Origin: a candidate division WOR-3 bacterium
GTDB lineage: Bacteria; Hydrothermota; Tepidihabitantia; Tepidihabitantales; Tepidihabitantaceae
Direction of reading: 5' to 3'
Assembly (NCBI GenBank): GCA_024653355.1
Contig: JANLFQ010000001.1
Span: 640,576 to 704,575 of the forward strand
Length of the DNA: 64,000 nt
Of the stretch, positions 38,399 to 47,822 are shown piece after piece. A program made the translations under genes and the position numbers. The notes below the pieces were generated by a model, which made no database searches, was not told the DNA's origin, and saw only the letters and a list, made by a program, of their open reading frames with translations. The stretch's first letter is position 1; the number at the start of each line of letters is the position of its first letter.

Positions 38399-40086
38399 AC
38401 GAAACAAAACTAAAAAAAATCCTCAATCAGCGTTTCGGGATACCCGACCCGGTGATCAACGAACTAAAACAGGAGGCATTACACAGCGGCTTGAAACTGG
38501 AAGAAGTCGCCCTGCGCCGGGGATTAATCCCAAACAAGGCAGCGCTCTACGAATCTTATGCGAACGAATTGAACATCCCCTACATTGACCTTGACCATTA
38601 CACTCCAGACCCTCAGGCAATTGCCGCGCTTCCCGCGGAACTGGCACGCAAGTTTAAAGTTGTCCCCCTGTTGCAACTAAACAGCAACCTGATTGTCGCC
38701 ACGGCAACGCCGGAAGACATCAGCCTGCTTGACGAACTCAATCGCCGCCTGCATCTCGAAATAAACCCGGCGCTATCATCTCCCGAAGCGATTGAAGCCG
38801 CAATTGACCGGTATTATCCCCAGGAAACACCCCGGGCTGAGATCGACACCGCCCTCATTGACCTTGAAGCCGAAGAGGCGCTGAATGTCTGTCGCCCTGA
38901 CCAGGAAACGGTTTCCCTGGAAGAACTGGCAAATCAGGCACCGGTTGTCCGATTTGTCAACACCCTGCTCGAACAATCACTTGTCGAGCGCGCCTCGGAC
39001 ATCCACATCGAGCCCGAAGAAGACGCTTTGATTATCAGGGTCCGCATCGACGGTTTGCTTCAGGAAAGAGGTCGTTTTTCCTTAAACCTCCACCCCCTTG
39101 TTACCTCGCGGATAAAACTCCTTGCCGGTATGGACATCTCCGAGAAACGAAAGCCCCAGGATGGCCAGATGGAGTTCAGAAACAATTCCCGGCGGGTTGA
39201 CATTCGGGTATCATCCTTCCCCACCATTTACGGCGAAAATTTAGTTCTCCGTTTACTTGACAAATCAAGCGGGCCCTTAAAGTTAACCGACATCGGAATG
39301 GATGAAACGCTAATACCCCAGTTCCAAAGATTAATCCATCAACCCCATGGCATCATCCTTGTCACCGGACCAACCGGCTCAGGCAAAAGCACCACCCTCT
39401 ACGCCGTTCTCAACGAATTGAACACCCCGGAAAAAAATATCATAACCCTTGAAGACCCGGTTGAATACCGGTTGCCCGGTATCCGACAGTGTCAAATCAA
39501 TGTCCGGGCTGGAGTAACCTTTGCCTCAGGATTACGCGCCATACTCCGTCAGAACCCGGACATAATTATGGTGGGCGAAATCCGCGACTTTGAAACTGCG
39601 GAAATCGCCTTTCAAGCGGCTCTTACCGGTCACCTCGTTCTCGCCACCCTGCACACCAACGATGCGCCCAGCGGTCTTACCAGAATGATTGATATGAAAG
39701 TTGAACCGTTTCTTATCGCCTCGAGCGTCATCGCCATCCTTGCCCAGCGCCTGGTGCGCAAGGTGTGTGACCGGTGTGCTGAAAGTTACAACCCGGAACC
39801 TGAACTCCTGAAAAGATTAAACATCGCACCGGAAACGACCTTCCGCCGGGGCAAAGGCTGTCCGGCCTGTGGTAACAGAGGTTACCGGGGCCGATTGGGA
39901 ATTTTTGAACTCCTTCCGGTTCAACCGGAAATCCGCGCGCTGATAATGAGAAACCGCTCCAGCGAAGAAATCGCCGCCGTTGCGATTCGCAATGGAATGA
40001 AAACCCTGCGGCAGGACGGTATTGCGAAAGCCCTTGCCGGTTTAACAACACCGGAAGAAGTCCTCAGAGTCACTCAGGACATCTAA
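38395..40086 (+). CDS. GspE/PilB-family secretion/pilus ATPase with MshEN-like N-domain
   Basis: 563 aa. T2SSE N-terminal domain (…LEEVALRRGLIPNKAALYESYANE…). Walker A VTGPTGSGKSTTLYA. Asp and His boxes. Tetracysteine CDRC…CPAC. ATGA overlap with the REC gene. Confidence 0.85.
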   Translation: MNETKLKKILNQRFGIPDPVINELKQEALHSGLKLEEVALRRGLIPNKAALYESYANELNIPYIDLDHYTPDPQAIAALPAELARKFKVVPLLQLNSNLIVATATPEDISLLDELNRRLHLEINPALSSPEAIEAAIDRYYPQETPRAEIDTALIDLEAEEALNVCRPDQETVSLEELANQAPVVRFVNTLLEQSLVERASDIHIEPEEDALIIRVRIDGLLQERGRFSLNLHPLVTSRIKLLAGMDISEKRKPQDGQMEFRNNSRRVDIRVSSFPTIYGENLVLRLLDKSSGPLKLTDIGMDETLIPQFQRLIHQPHGIILVTGPTGSGKSTTLYAVLNELNTPEKNIITLEDPVEYRLPGIRQCQINVRAGVTFASGLRAILRQNPDIIMVGEIRDFETAEIAFQAALTGHLVLATLHTNDAPSGLTRMIDMKVEPFLIASSVIAILAQRLVRKVCDRCAESYNPEPELLKRLNIAPETTFRRGKGCPACGNRGYRGRLGIFELLPVQPEIRALIMRNRSSEEIAAVAIRNGMKTLRQDGIAKALAGLTTPEEVLRVTQDI

Positions 40087-40090
40087 AAAA

Positions 40091-40118
40091 ATGGGGGCAC
40101 GAATTTCTGTGCCCCCAT
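40091..40118. terminator. Rho-independent terminator (hppA side; possibly bidirectional)
   Basis: 10-bp stem ATGGGGGCAC / GTGCCCCCAT with an 8-nt loop. Preceded on the minus strand by a T7 run. Confidence 0.6.
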
Positions 40119-40136
40119 CGTAGATTACCGCGCTAT

Positions 40137-42263
40137 TTACTTAACCCAGGGCAGGTAAGCAGAAAACTTCAACACCAGACCGAGCACGACAATTGAAACC
40201 ATCGACTGCAACTTAAGGAGGATGTTCAATGACGGGCCTGCCGCATCCTTCAATGGGTCACCAACCGTGTCGCCGACAATACCCGCCTTATGCGCATCCG
40301 AACCCTTGCCGCCGTAGTTACCCTTCTCAATAAACTTCTTCGCGTTATCCCACGCACCACCAGTATTTGCCATAAAAACCGCCAGACAGAAACCGCTTGC
40401 CAGCCCGCCAATCAGAAATCCCGCAACACCTTCCGGGCCCAAAAGAAGCCCGGTTACCACCGGCGCAATTATCGCGGTCAAAGCCGGCGCCACCATCTCC
40501 TTCTGTGCCGCCTTCGTGCATATCGTAACCGCCTTAGCGTAATCCGGTTTCGCCTTACCTTCCATCAGTCCGGCAATCTCCCGAAACTGCCGCCGCACCT
40601 CATCAGCAATCTTGGATGCGGTCCTGCCCACCGCCTTCAACACCATTGAAGATACCCCCATCGGAATCACCGCGCCCGCAAAAAGCCCGGCAATAAGACG
40701 CGGATTCAGAAGCGAAAGGTCAAGCGTTTGCGTGTAACCAAGAAACCGCTGACTGACAATTCTTACCTCATCGCGATACGCCGCAATCAATGCCAGTGCG
40801 GTCAATGCCGCTGAGCCAATCGCAAACCCCTTACCCGTGGCTGCGGTCGTGTTGCCGAGCGCATCCAGCGCATCGGTCCTTTGCCTTACAATTGGCTCTT
40901 GATGGGTCATCTCGGCATTGCCACCGGCATTGTCAGCAACCGGACCATAGGCATCAGTTGCCAGTGTAATACCGAGAGTTGAAAGCATACCCACCGCTGA
41001 AATCCCGATGCCGTAAAGCCCGAGCCCGGGATTGCCACCGCCCGCAAGATAGTAACTCAAAATAATCGCCACAACCACAACCAGGACAATGGGCAGCGTT
41101 GACCTCATTCCTACGGAAAGCCCTTCAATCACCACCGTTGCCGCTGAAGTCCTTGCCTCAGCCGCAATCGTCCGGGTTGGCGCATAAGAGTCCGAAGTGA
41201 AAAACTCGGTAAAGAAACCAATCAAAACCCCGGCAACAAGTCCGGAGAGAATCGAAAAGTAAACTGTCCAGTACTGCGGCAGAAGCCATTTTGTGACTAA
41301 AAACCCGACCACGGCGGCAAGAATTGCTGCCCCGTAAATTCCCCGACGCAGTGCGGCAAGAAGCACACTCTGTTCTGCCTTCTCGCCGGCACGCACCAGA
41401 AAACTACCAATGATTGAGGAAACAATCCCAACGCCAGCGAGCACCATCGGCAACAACACCCCGGCGATTTCAAAACCGGTACCGCTGAACGCCACCACGG
41501 AAAGCGCCAACGAAGCGATGATTGAGTCAACATAAGACTCGTACAAATCAGCACCCATCCCGGCGATATCGCCCACATTGTCGCCCACATTATCGGCAAT
41601 CACCGCCGGATTGCGCGGGTCATCTTCTGGAATCCCGGCCTCAACCTTGCCAACAAGGTCCGCGCCAACATCTGCTGCCTTGGTAAAAATACCACCGCCC
41701 ACCCGCGCAAAGAGTGCCTGAGAACTCGCGCCAATCCCGAAAGCGAGCATCGTCGAGGTAATCAACTCTAACTTGTGCGCCAGCGGCTCATGGGCATAGA
41801 CCGCATTCAGAATCAGATACCAGATGGAAATGTCAATTAAACCCAGACCAACAACCACCAAACCCATCACCATCCCGGAAGAAAACGCCACCCGCAAACC
41901 GGAGTTCAAACTTTGCTTTGCCGCCCAGGTCGTACGCGCACTGCAACGCACCCCAATTGACATTCCGATGAATCCGGCAAGCCCGGAAAAGAACCCGCCG
42001 GTCAGAAACGCAAAGGGCACAAACGGCGACTGCAACTTAAAGAGCGCCAGAATACCCAGCAGGACAAACACCACCGCAAAGAAAAGGCTGACACCCTTGT
42101 ACTGCTGCTTCAAATAGGCGGTCGCTCCCTCTTTAACCGCCCGTGCAACCTCTTTCATCGGCTCAGTGCCTTCACTCTTGCGCAGACTGCTTATCGCAAG
42201 ATACAGCGCAAACCCAAGCGCTAACAATGCGCTTGTCGGCGCAATCCAGAATGTTGGTGCCAT
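40137..42263 (-). CDS. hppA: Membrane-bound proton/sodium-translocating pyrophosphatase
   Basis: 708 aa. Signature motifs GGIFTKAADVGADLVGKVE and DNVGDNVGDIAGMGADL. Confidence 0.95.
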   Translation of the reverse strand: MAPTFWIAPTSALLALGFALYLAISSLRKSEGTEPMKEVARAVKEGATAYLKQQYKGVSLFFAVVFVLLGILALFKLQSPFVPFAFLTGGFFSGLAGFIGMSIGVRCSARTTWAAKQSLNSGLRVAFSSGMVMGLVVVGLGLIDISIWYLILNAVYAHEPLAHKLELITSTMLAFGIGASSQALFARVGGGIFTKAADVGADLVGKVEAGIPEDDPRNPAVIADNVGDNVGDIAGMGADLYESYVDSIIASLALSVVAFSGTGFEIAGVLLPMVLAGVGIVSSIIGSFLVRAGEKAEQSVLLAALRRGIYGAAILAAVVGFLVTKWLLPQYWTVYFSILSGLVAGVLIGFFTEFFTSDSYAPTRTIAAEARTSAATVVIEGLSVGMRSTLPIVLVVVVAIILSYYLAGGGNPGLGLYGIGISAVGMLSTLGITLATDAYGPVADNAGGNAEMTHQEPIVRQRTDALDALGNTTAATGKGFAIGSAALTALALIAAYRDEVRIVSQRFLGYTQTLDLSLLNPRLIAGLFAGAVIPMGVSSMVLKAVGRTASKIADEVRRQFREIAGLMEGKAKPDYAKAVTICTKAAQKEMVAPALTAIIAPVVTGLLLGPEGVAGFLIGGLASGFCLAVFMANTGGAWDNAKKFIEKGNYGGKGSDAHKAGIVGDTVGDPLKDAAGPSLNILLKLQSMVSIVVLGLVLKFSAYLPWVK

Positions 42264-42446
42264 AAAAATAACACTCCTTTCTTTTAATTTACCATCAGAT
42301 TATTGCTTTTTCCCGCTAAAAAGAGATTCAATATAATACAATCCCCTTTAATGTCAAGAAATAGACTGGCTGAGTTGTTACCGCTGTTAAAATTGACAAA
42401 TCGGCCTTAAATGTTAACCTGAATCAACAATAAAAAAGGAGGCTTA

Positions 42447-43877
42447 ATGAAAAAAGTACTGCTATTCCTGACTTTACTATTGATTGCAACCCCGGACCTG
42501 ATACCGGCGCACAACATTACGATTGACAGCCACGAAATCCCGCTCGTCATCGACACCTATGGAAGATACCGGCAGAACCAGTCCCTTTTTTACTGGACAC
42601 CATTTGACTCCACCCGGCAGGTTTGGGACCTGACACGCTACCCTGGACAACTGCGTGCCAAACTCGGCTTACGCGACTACACCGAAGGCAGATATCCGGC
42701 ACCGGACACAATGGAAAACGACCCACCAGACCCGGATGTGTGTGAGTTCGACACCCTCGGAAACAACGCCGAATCCGAAGTGTACCTCTACTTAGACGAG
42801 TTCGGGCTCTATGCCGACGGCATTGACTTCTCGCAGGGTGGTTTTCGTTTCCTCGGCAACTATCGGCCCGATGCCGTACTTTACAGCCTGCCGCTGTACT
42901 ACGGTTCCAGCTGGATTTCCGCCTGGTCCTGGCAGTACGAAATCATTCCCGGCATACCCTATCAGGCAACAGAACAGCACCAGAAACGGATTGTTGCCAA
43001 AGGTAAGGTCAAAGTGCCAATGTCCGGTGAGTACTTCTGGCCCTGCCTCGTAATCAAAGATTATATGGTTTACTCCGACAATATGGGCACCAACGACCGG
43101 CGCTGGATTTACGAATGGGTTGTGCCCGGACACTTCTGCGGTGGCAACGGTGTTGCTGCGGCACTGAGCCAGAACGGTGCCGCACCGGACTTCGTCACCG
43201 TTGAAACCTTTATGCAACTGGACACCCTTGTCATCCCGGACTGGGACCTCTATCCCCCGCGCTTCGGCGCCACCACAATCTGGACCGACACATCCTTTAC
43301 CGGTCCATTTACTGTCTCGTCAGTAATTACCGACAACAATGCGGTTGGTGCCGAGTCCCTTTTCTACCGCATCAACCTGAATCCAACCTGGACCGGCGTA
43401 CCTGCCGACTCCCAGCGCGGCAGCACCTACTACTTCACCATTCCCCAGGTCACGGCACCGGCGCGCATCGACTACTACATCTGGGCAATGGACGAATTCT
43501 CTGCTGACAACGACATTGAATTCTGGACCACCTTTCCGTTCTGCTCACCGGAAAGCACAATGATTACCTTCAATGTCAACCTCACCGGTCAGGAAGAGTT
43601 CAAGCCCCTGCTTCCGGGTCAGGCACAACTGACCCTCACACCCAACCCGGCAAAAGATTTCGCCCTGTTCCGGCTTAACCATCCCTTTGCCCGCACCGCC
43701 CGAGTTGAAATCTACCGTGCCGACGGCACATTGATTAAATCGCTCTATCTCCAGCCTGAAGCAAACAAAACCCTTTCCGCTACCTGGTCCACCCGTCAGC
43801 AACCTGCCGGCACCTACTTCTACCGCTGCCTTGCACCGAACTTCACTCAAACCGGCAAATTTACCATCTCAAAATAA
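42447..43877 (+). CDS. Secreted protein with T9SS C-terminal sorting domain
   Basis: 476 aa. Signal peptide. C-terminal …AGTYFYRCLAPNFTQTGKFTISK. No recognisable catalytic motifs. AAGGAGG ribosome-binding site. Confidence 0.6.
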   Translation: MKKVLLFLTLLLIATPDLIPAHNITIDSHEIPLVIDTYGRYRQNQSLFYWTPFDSTRQVWDLTRYPGQLRAKLGLRDYTEGRYPAPDTMENDPPDPDVCEFDTLGNNAESEVYLYLDEFGLYADGIDFSQGGFRFLGNYRPDAVLYSLPLYYGSSWISAWSWQYEIIPGIPYQATEQHQKRIVAKGKVKVPMSGEYFWPCLVIKDYMVYSDNMGTNDRRWIYEWVVPGHFCGGNGVAAALSQNGAAPDFVTVETFMQLDTLVIPDWDLYPPRFGATTIWTDTSFTGPFTVSSVITDNNAVGAESLFYRINLNPTWTGVPADSQRGSTYYFTIPQVTAPARIDYYIWAMDEFSADNDIEFWTTFPFCSPESTMITFNVNLTGQEEFKPLLPGQAQLTLTPNPAKDFALFRLNHPFARTARVEIYRADGTLIKSLYLQPEANKTLSATWSTRQQPAGTYFYRCLAPNFTQTGKFTISK

Positions 43878-43886
43878 GAGGAAAAA

Positions 43887-44369
43887 ATGGAGATTAAATC
43901 GGTTCCAATTGAAAAACCGGCAGAAATCAACCTCATCCTTGGCCAATCCCACTTCATTAAAACAGTTGAAGACATCCACGAACTACTTGTTACATCCATC
44001 CCCGGAGCAAAATTCGGCATCGCCTTCTGCGAATCTTCCGGTCCCTGCCTTATCCGTCACTCGGGCACCGACCACGAACTTGAAGCCCTGGCGATAAAAA
44101 ATGCCCTTGCCATCGGCGCTGGCCACTCCTTCGTCATCCTTTTGGGCAACGCCTATCCCATCAACATCCTCAACGGCTTAAAACAGATTCAGGAAGTGTG
44201 CACCATCTACTGTGCCACCGCCAATCCGGTAAAAGTTGTCATTGCCGAAGACGAAACCGGCCGGGGCATTCTCGGCGTGATTGACGGTGAAAAACCCAAA
44301 GGGGTTGAATCCGAAAAAGAGATTGCGGAGCGCAAGAACTTTTTAAGAAAAATCGGCTATAAACAGTAG
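43887..44369 (+). CDS. Adenosine-specific-kinase-like (PF04008-type) small protein
   Basis: 160 aa. Pattern …LILGQSHFIKTVEDIHELLVTSIPG…GAGHSFVILLGNAYPIN…RGILGVIDG… recalled from the archaeal/Thermotogae adenosine-specific kinase family. Tentative. Confidence 0.45.
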   Translation: MEIKSVPIEKPAEINLILGQSHFIKTVEDIHELLVTSIPGAKFGIAFCESSGPCLIRHSGTDHELEALAIKNALAIGAGHSFVILLGNAYPINILNGLKQIQEVCTIYCATANPVKVVIAEDETGRGILGVIDGEKPKGVESEKEIAERKNFLRKIGYKQ

Positions 44370-45126
44370 GCCCGAACTCGGCGCCCGGCTCGCCGGCGAG
44401 TTATCGTAACCGGGTTCTCGGTCACGAATAGGAGTTCTTGTTAAAAGGCAAAAACTGACAAAATCAGGATAGATTATTAAAAATTATTACTACTCAACTT
44501 GGGAAAGCGTATATCGAGACCAAGATAGAAATTCTAAATTTCTTATCCCCAAACACCTTAAAATGTAAATTCGGAAGATATTACAAAACAATAGGTTATC
44601 AATACCATTGCGCAAACCGATTACGATGTGATTATCATGGATTTGTTTCGCAATGAAGCAGTCTACGCCGCTTCGGAAATATAACAAATCCACCTGCTTA
44701 ACCTTTCTCTCCACCACTCATTTTTTGCCTTTTCTATAATTTAACCACCATTAAATTGGTCACTTATTTACATTAAACTTCAGCCCGTTCACCCCACCGA
44801 TGAATGCTCAGTAAGTCAATCAGAAAGCCGTTCTGGGAGTCGCTCCCTGAGTCGTCCCTAAATTCACCTACCGAACGCCCTTCCCTGCCCTATCTGAAGC
44901 AGTTTCAGGTTCTATTCTCGCTGGTATAACCCATTGAAAAACTGGGTTTTGTCTTATAATGGAATCAGTTATCGCTATAATGGCGCCCACTCTGGAACTC
45001 TCCGGTTCTATCACTTTACCGGTATCAGGCACCGTTTGTTGTGCGGTTTACAGGAAAGTTCTGGCAATAATCTTTACTTCAATCGTTGAAAGAGAAATCT
45101 ATTAAAACAACCCCCTGTTTTCCCTC

Positions 45127-45154
45127 TTGACTTTGATTTGTCCTTGTCTATCCT
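45127..45154 (+). promoter_or_regulatory. Putative promoter TTGACT-N16-TATCCT abutting the start codon (short-leader or leaderless transcript)
   Basis: CTTGACTTT -35 motif. The -10-like box ends 4 nt before the ATG at 45158; an alternative in-frame ATG sits at 45164. Confidence 0.35.
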
Positions 45155-45157
45155 GAA

Positions 45158-47734
45158 ATGGTGATGTTGCGCCGGTTAACAGTTATCATCCTTACTGTTT
45201 TCTCTCTCGGCATCGCAACCCGCATCTGGACACCAGAAGAACTGAAAACCAGTCTCCTGTTTTATCAACCTTCCTCGTGTTATCGCCCGGACACAGTGAT
45301 TTTAGGACCAAGGCGGTTCAACTATCTGCAACGGATAAAACTTTTGTGCGACTTTCTTGTCCGATATCAGGTTAGTGACTCAACATCACCGGACTATGGC
45401 GGCATAATTGAAGCCGAGCATCTGCCCAATATCATTGAAACCGACAACACCCAGGAGGCGCTCTGGGTCTGGACCCGCTGGTACGAACTTACCCTACGGG
45501 ACGACTATCAACAGAACATCAGTCGCGCCTGGCACTACATCCTTAACCATCCCGCTTATCAGGAACACCAGGGAAACCCCGCAAACATCTGGTATGCGGT
45601 CTGGAACTGCGGACTCGGAATGTGGGCTGAGGCGCTTTATCGCCGGGTTTACAACGACTCAACCTACCTTTTTTATGGGGACTCGTGCCGGGACTTTTAT
45701 CTCACCCATCCGCTCAATCCGGCAAACTATCTGGAAAACTTTGTAACCGCCCAGAGCTCGGGAATGGCTTACGACTATGCCCGGGAAAGAAACGACCCGG
45801 TTTTGAAGGACAGCGCGCTCGTCCGGGGAATGAGGGTTAAAAATTGGATTGAAGAAAATGCCCGCAACCGATTGGGTTTTCAGAACTGGGCGATGTGTGG
45901 CGGCACCGCTTTCTGGGGTGTTGCAAAGACCTTCTGTCAGGACGACACTGTCGCGGGTAAGAGGTGGCTTTTGACCTATGCGGAATCGCTGCCCGGATTT
46001 TATCCCACCGGCACCTGGAACTGCTCCCACAACATCTGGCTTGCCAACGCCTATCGGGCTGCAGCAGAGTTGACCAGTAACCCCGCTTATTTTATCTACC
46101 ACCAGTACCTCACCGACACCCTTCTGATGAAGGACACCGACCTTGACGGTGGCATCCCGGCAACCTGGACCGACCCGAACACCCAGGACCAGACCTGGGT
46201 TTCAACCTATCTTGACTTTATGGGAATGGACCGGCTGGTAAGTCCGGTTTATGACAATGACCTCAGTGTGTTGCAGTTTGTTCAGCCGGCAATCGGGCGC
46301 CTTTATCTTATCGGCGACACCGTAGATGTCCGGGTGCCGGTTGCCAATGTGGGCAGAAACAACGCCCCTTTAACAACCCTGACCCTGTTTGTTGATAGTG
46401 TACCAATTGATTCCACTACCGTGCCTTCTTTGCCCTTTCTTGCCACCGATACCTTTGCCTTCTCGCCCCTGCATCTCAACACCTCAGGTCCGCTGGAACT
46501 TCGTGCGGTGTTGCGCCCGGACCAGAATACGAAAAACGACACAACAGCACAGTTGTTAAAGGTTTATAAACATTGCACCATTACCGGCACCTTAATTGAC
46601 TCGCTTAACAGTAGCCCGGTGATGGCGAAAATCAAAGCGCAACTTTTCGGCCGAAGCGCAATCTGGGACTCAACGTCCACCGACTCACTGGGTAACTTTT
46701 CGCTGAGTTTGATTGACTCGGTATTTGTTTTAACCGTTGAACCACCACCCCCTTACCATCACTTTAGCCGCAACATCCGGTTCAACCGCGACACCACTAT
46801 TACCCTCAATGCCCAGCCCGCTGCGGTGCTGATTGTCAACAACGACAGTTTAAGAAATTACACCGCTTTTTACACCACCACCCTTGACACACTCGGTGTT
46901 TCCTACTGTATCTGGCTAAGAGACAGTGCCGGACCCCTGCCGGGTAGTTTACTTGACCGGTTGCAGAACCGCACCGTCATCTGGTTTACCGGCAACACCC
47001 GATATCAGACCGTACCCGCCGAAGACCAGGACACCCTGACCCAATTCGTTTTGCGCGGTGGCAACCTTTTGCTCACCGGTCAGAACATCGCCGAAGAACT
47101 TGCCCGCACCCAATTTCTGGAAACAATCGCGGGCTGCCGGTTTGACTCTTCCGGTTATTCAGGATTTCTGGTGTTTGGCAACCGGGCAGATTCGGTTGGA
47201 AGAGCGGTAATCGGTACCGCGACCGCGGGCGGCAATGGCGCCAACAATCAAACCTCAAGGGACATCATCGCACCAACCGGCAATAGCCGGCTGTTTCTCC
47301 TTTACGACACCACAACCAACCTTGGTGCCGGAGTGCGAAACCAGTTACCCTCGGGCGGTCGGATTATCACCCTTGGATTTGGGTTTGAAGCGGTCAATAA
47401 GCCCGCATCCCGACCCAACTATTTCACCCGGGTGCAACTGATGAACACGATGCTCCAGTGGCTGATTTACGGCACCGGCATAAGCGAAACGAGCCCGATT
47501 GAAACCACCAATAAACCACCCGTTACCATCACCCCGACAGTTTTTCAAAACCATCTGCTCATCGTTTGCGACCAGAGCCTGCCCATCACGATTTTTGACC
47601 TCTCAGGCCGGCAGGTTTTCTCAACCCGTATCCCCGCGGGAAAGACCAGACTGCGACTATCAGGTCTCAAAACCGGGATATACTTCCTGCGTGCCGGTAC
47701 TGATTCACCAAGCCGATTGATAAAGATAAAATAA
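45158..47734 (+). CDS. Large secreted multi-domain protein (alpha-helical N-domain, CARDB-like, carboxypeptidase-regulatory-like, ThuA/GATase1-like) with T9SS C-terminal sorting domain
   Basis: 858 aa. Signal peptide. C-terminal domain …TGIYFLRAGTDSPSRLIKIK. Internal domain assignments rest on motif resemblance only. Confidence 0.7.
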   Translation: MVMLRRLTVIILTVFSLGIATRIWTPEELKTSLLFYQPSSCYRPDTVILGPRRFNYLQRIKLLCDFLVRYQVSDSTSPDYGGIIEAEHLPNIIETDNTQEALWVWTRWYELTLRDDYQQNISRAWHYILNHPAYQEHQGNPANIWYAVWNCGLGMWAEALYRRVYNDSTYLFYGDSCRDFYLTHPLNPANYLENFVTAQSSGMAYDYARERNDPVLKDSALVRGMRVKNWIEENARNRLGFQNWAMCGGTAFWGVAKTFCQDDTVAGKRWLLTYAESLPGFYPTGTWNCSHNIWLANAYRAAAELTSNPAYFIYHQYLTDTLLMKDTDLDGGIPATWTDPNTQDQTWVSTYLDFMGMDRLVSPVYDNDLSVLQFVQPAIGRLYLIGDTVDVRVPVANVGRNNAPLTTLTLFVDSVPIDSTTVPSLPFLATDTFAFSPLHLNTSGPLELRAVLRPDQNTKNDTTAQLLKVYKHCTITGTLIDSLNSSPVMAKIKAQLFGRSAIWDSTSTDSLGNFSLSLIDSVFVLTVEPPPPYHHFSRNIRFNRDTTITLNAQPAAVLIVNNDSLRNYTAFYTTTLDTLGVSYCIWLRDSAGPLPGSLLDRLQNRTVIWFTGNTRYQTVPAEDQDTLTQFVLRGGNLLLTGQNIAEELARTQFLETIAGCRFDSSGYSGFLVFGNRADSVGRAVIGTATAGGNGANNQTSRDIIAPTGNSRLFLLYDTTTNLGAGVRNQLPSGGRIITLGFGFEAVNKPASRPNYFTRVQLMNTMLQWLIYGTGISETSPIETTNKPPVTITPTVFQNHLLIVCDQSLPITIFDLSGRQVFSTRIPAGKTRLRLSGLKTGIYFLRAGTDSPSRLIKIK

Positions 47735-47822
47735 AGTCCGCATCTTTTTGCTAATCCATCGGGTCTAATATAGAGAAGAAGAGTATAAGTTGACTTTAAG
47801 GCAAAAATAAAATAAACTTTTA

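Noticed and set aside
40087-40136. Terminator assigned to gspE
   Set aside because: The hairpin is followed by a T-run only on the minus strand, so it primarily terminates hppA. Termination of the GspE transcript there is uncertain.
44618-44707. Short plus-strand frame reading …DYDVIIMDLFRNEA…, reminiscent of a response-regulator receiver motif
   Set aside because: Only about 29 codons between stop codons. The resemblance to the D-L-x-L-P receiver motif is weak and probably chance. A BLASTX of the gap would settle whether it is a gene remnant.
44490-44717. 75-aa minus-strand ORF in the 44.4-45.2-kb gap
   Set aside because: Composition-driven ORF in AT-rich DNA. No start-codon context and no motif.
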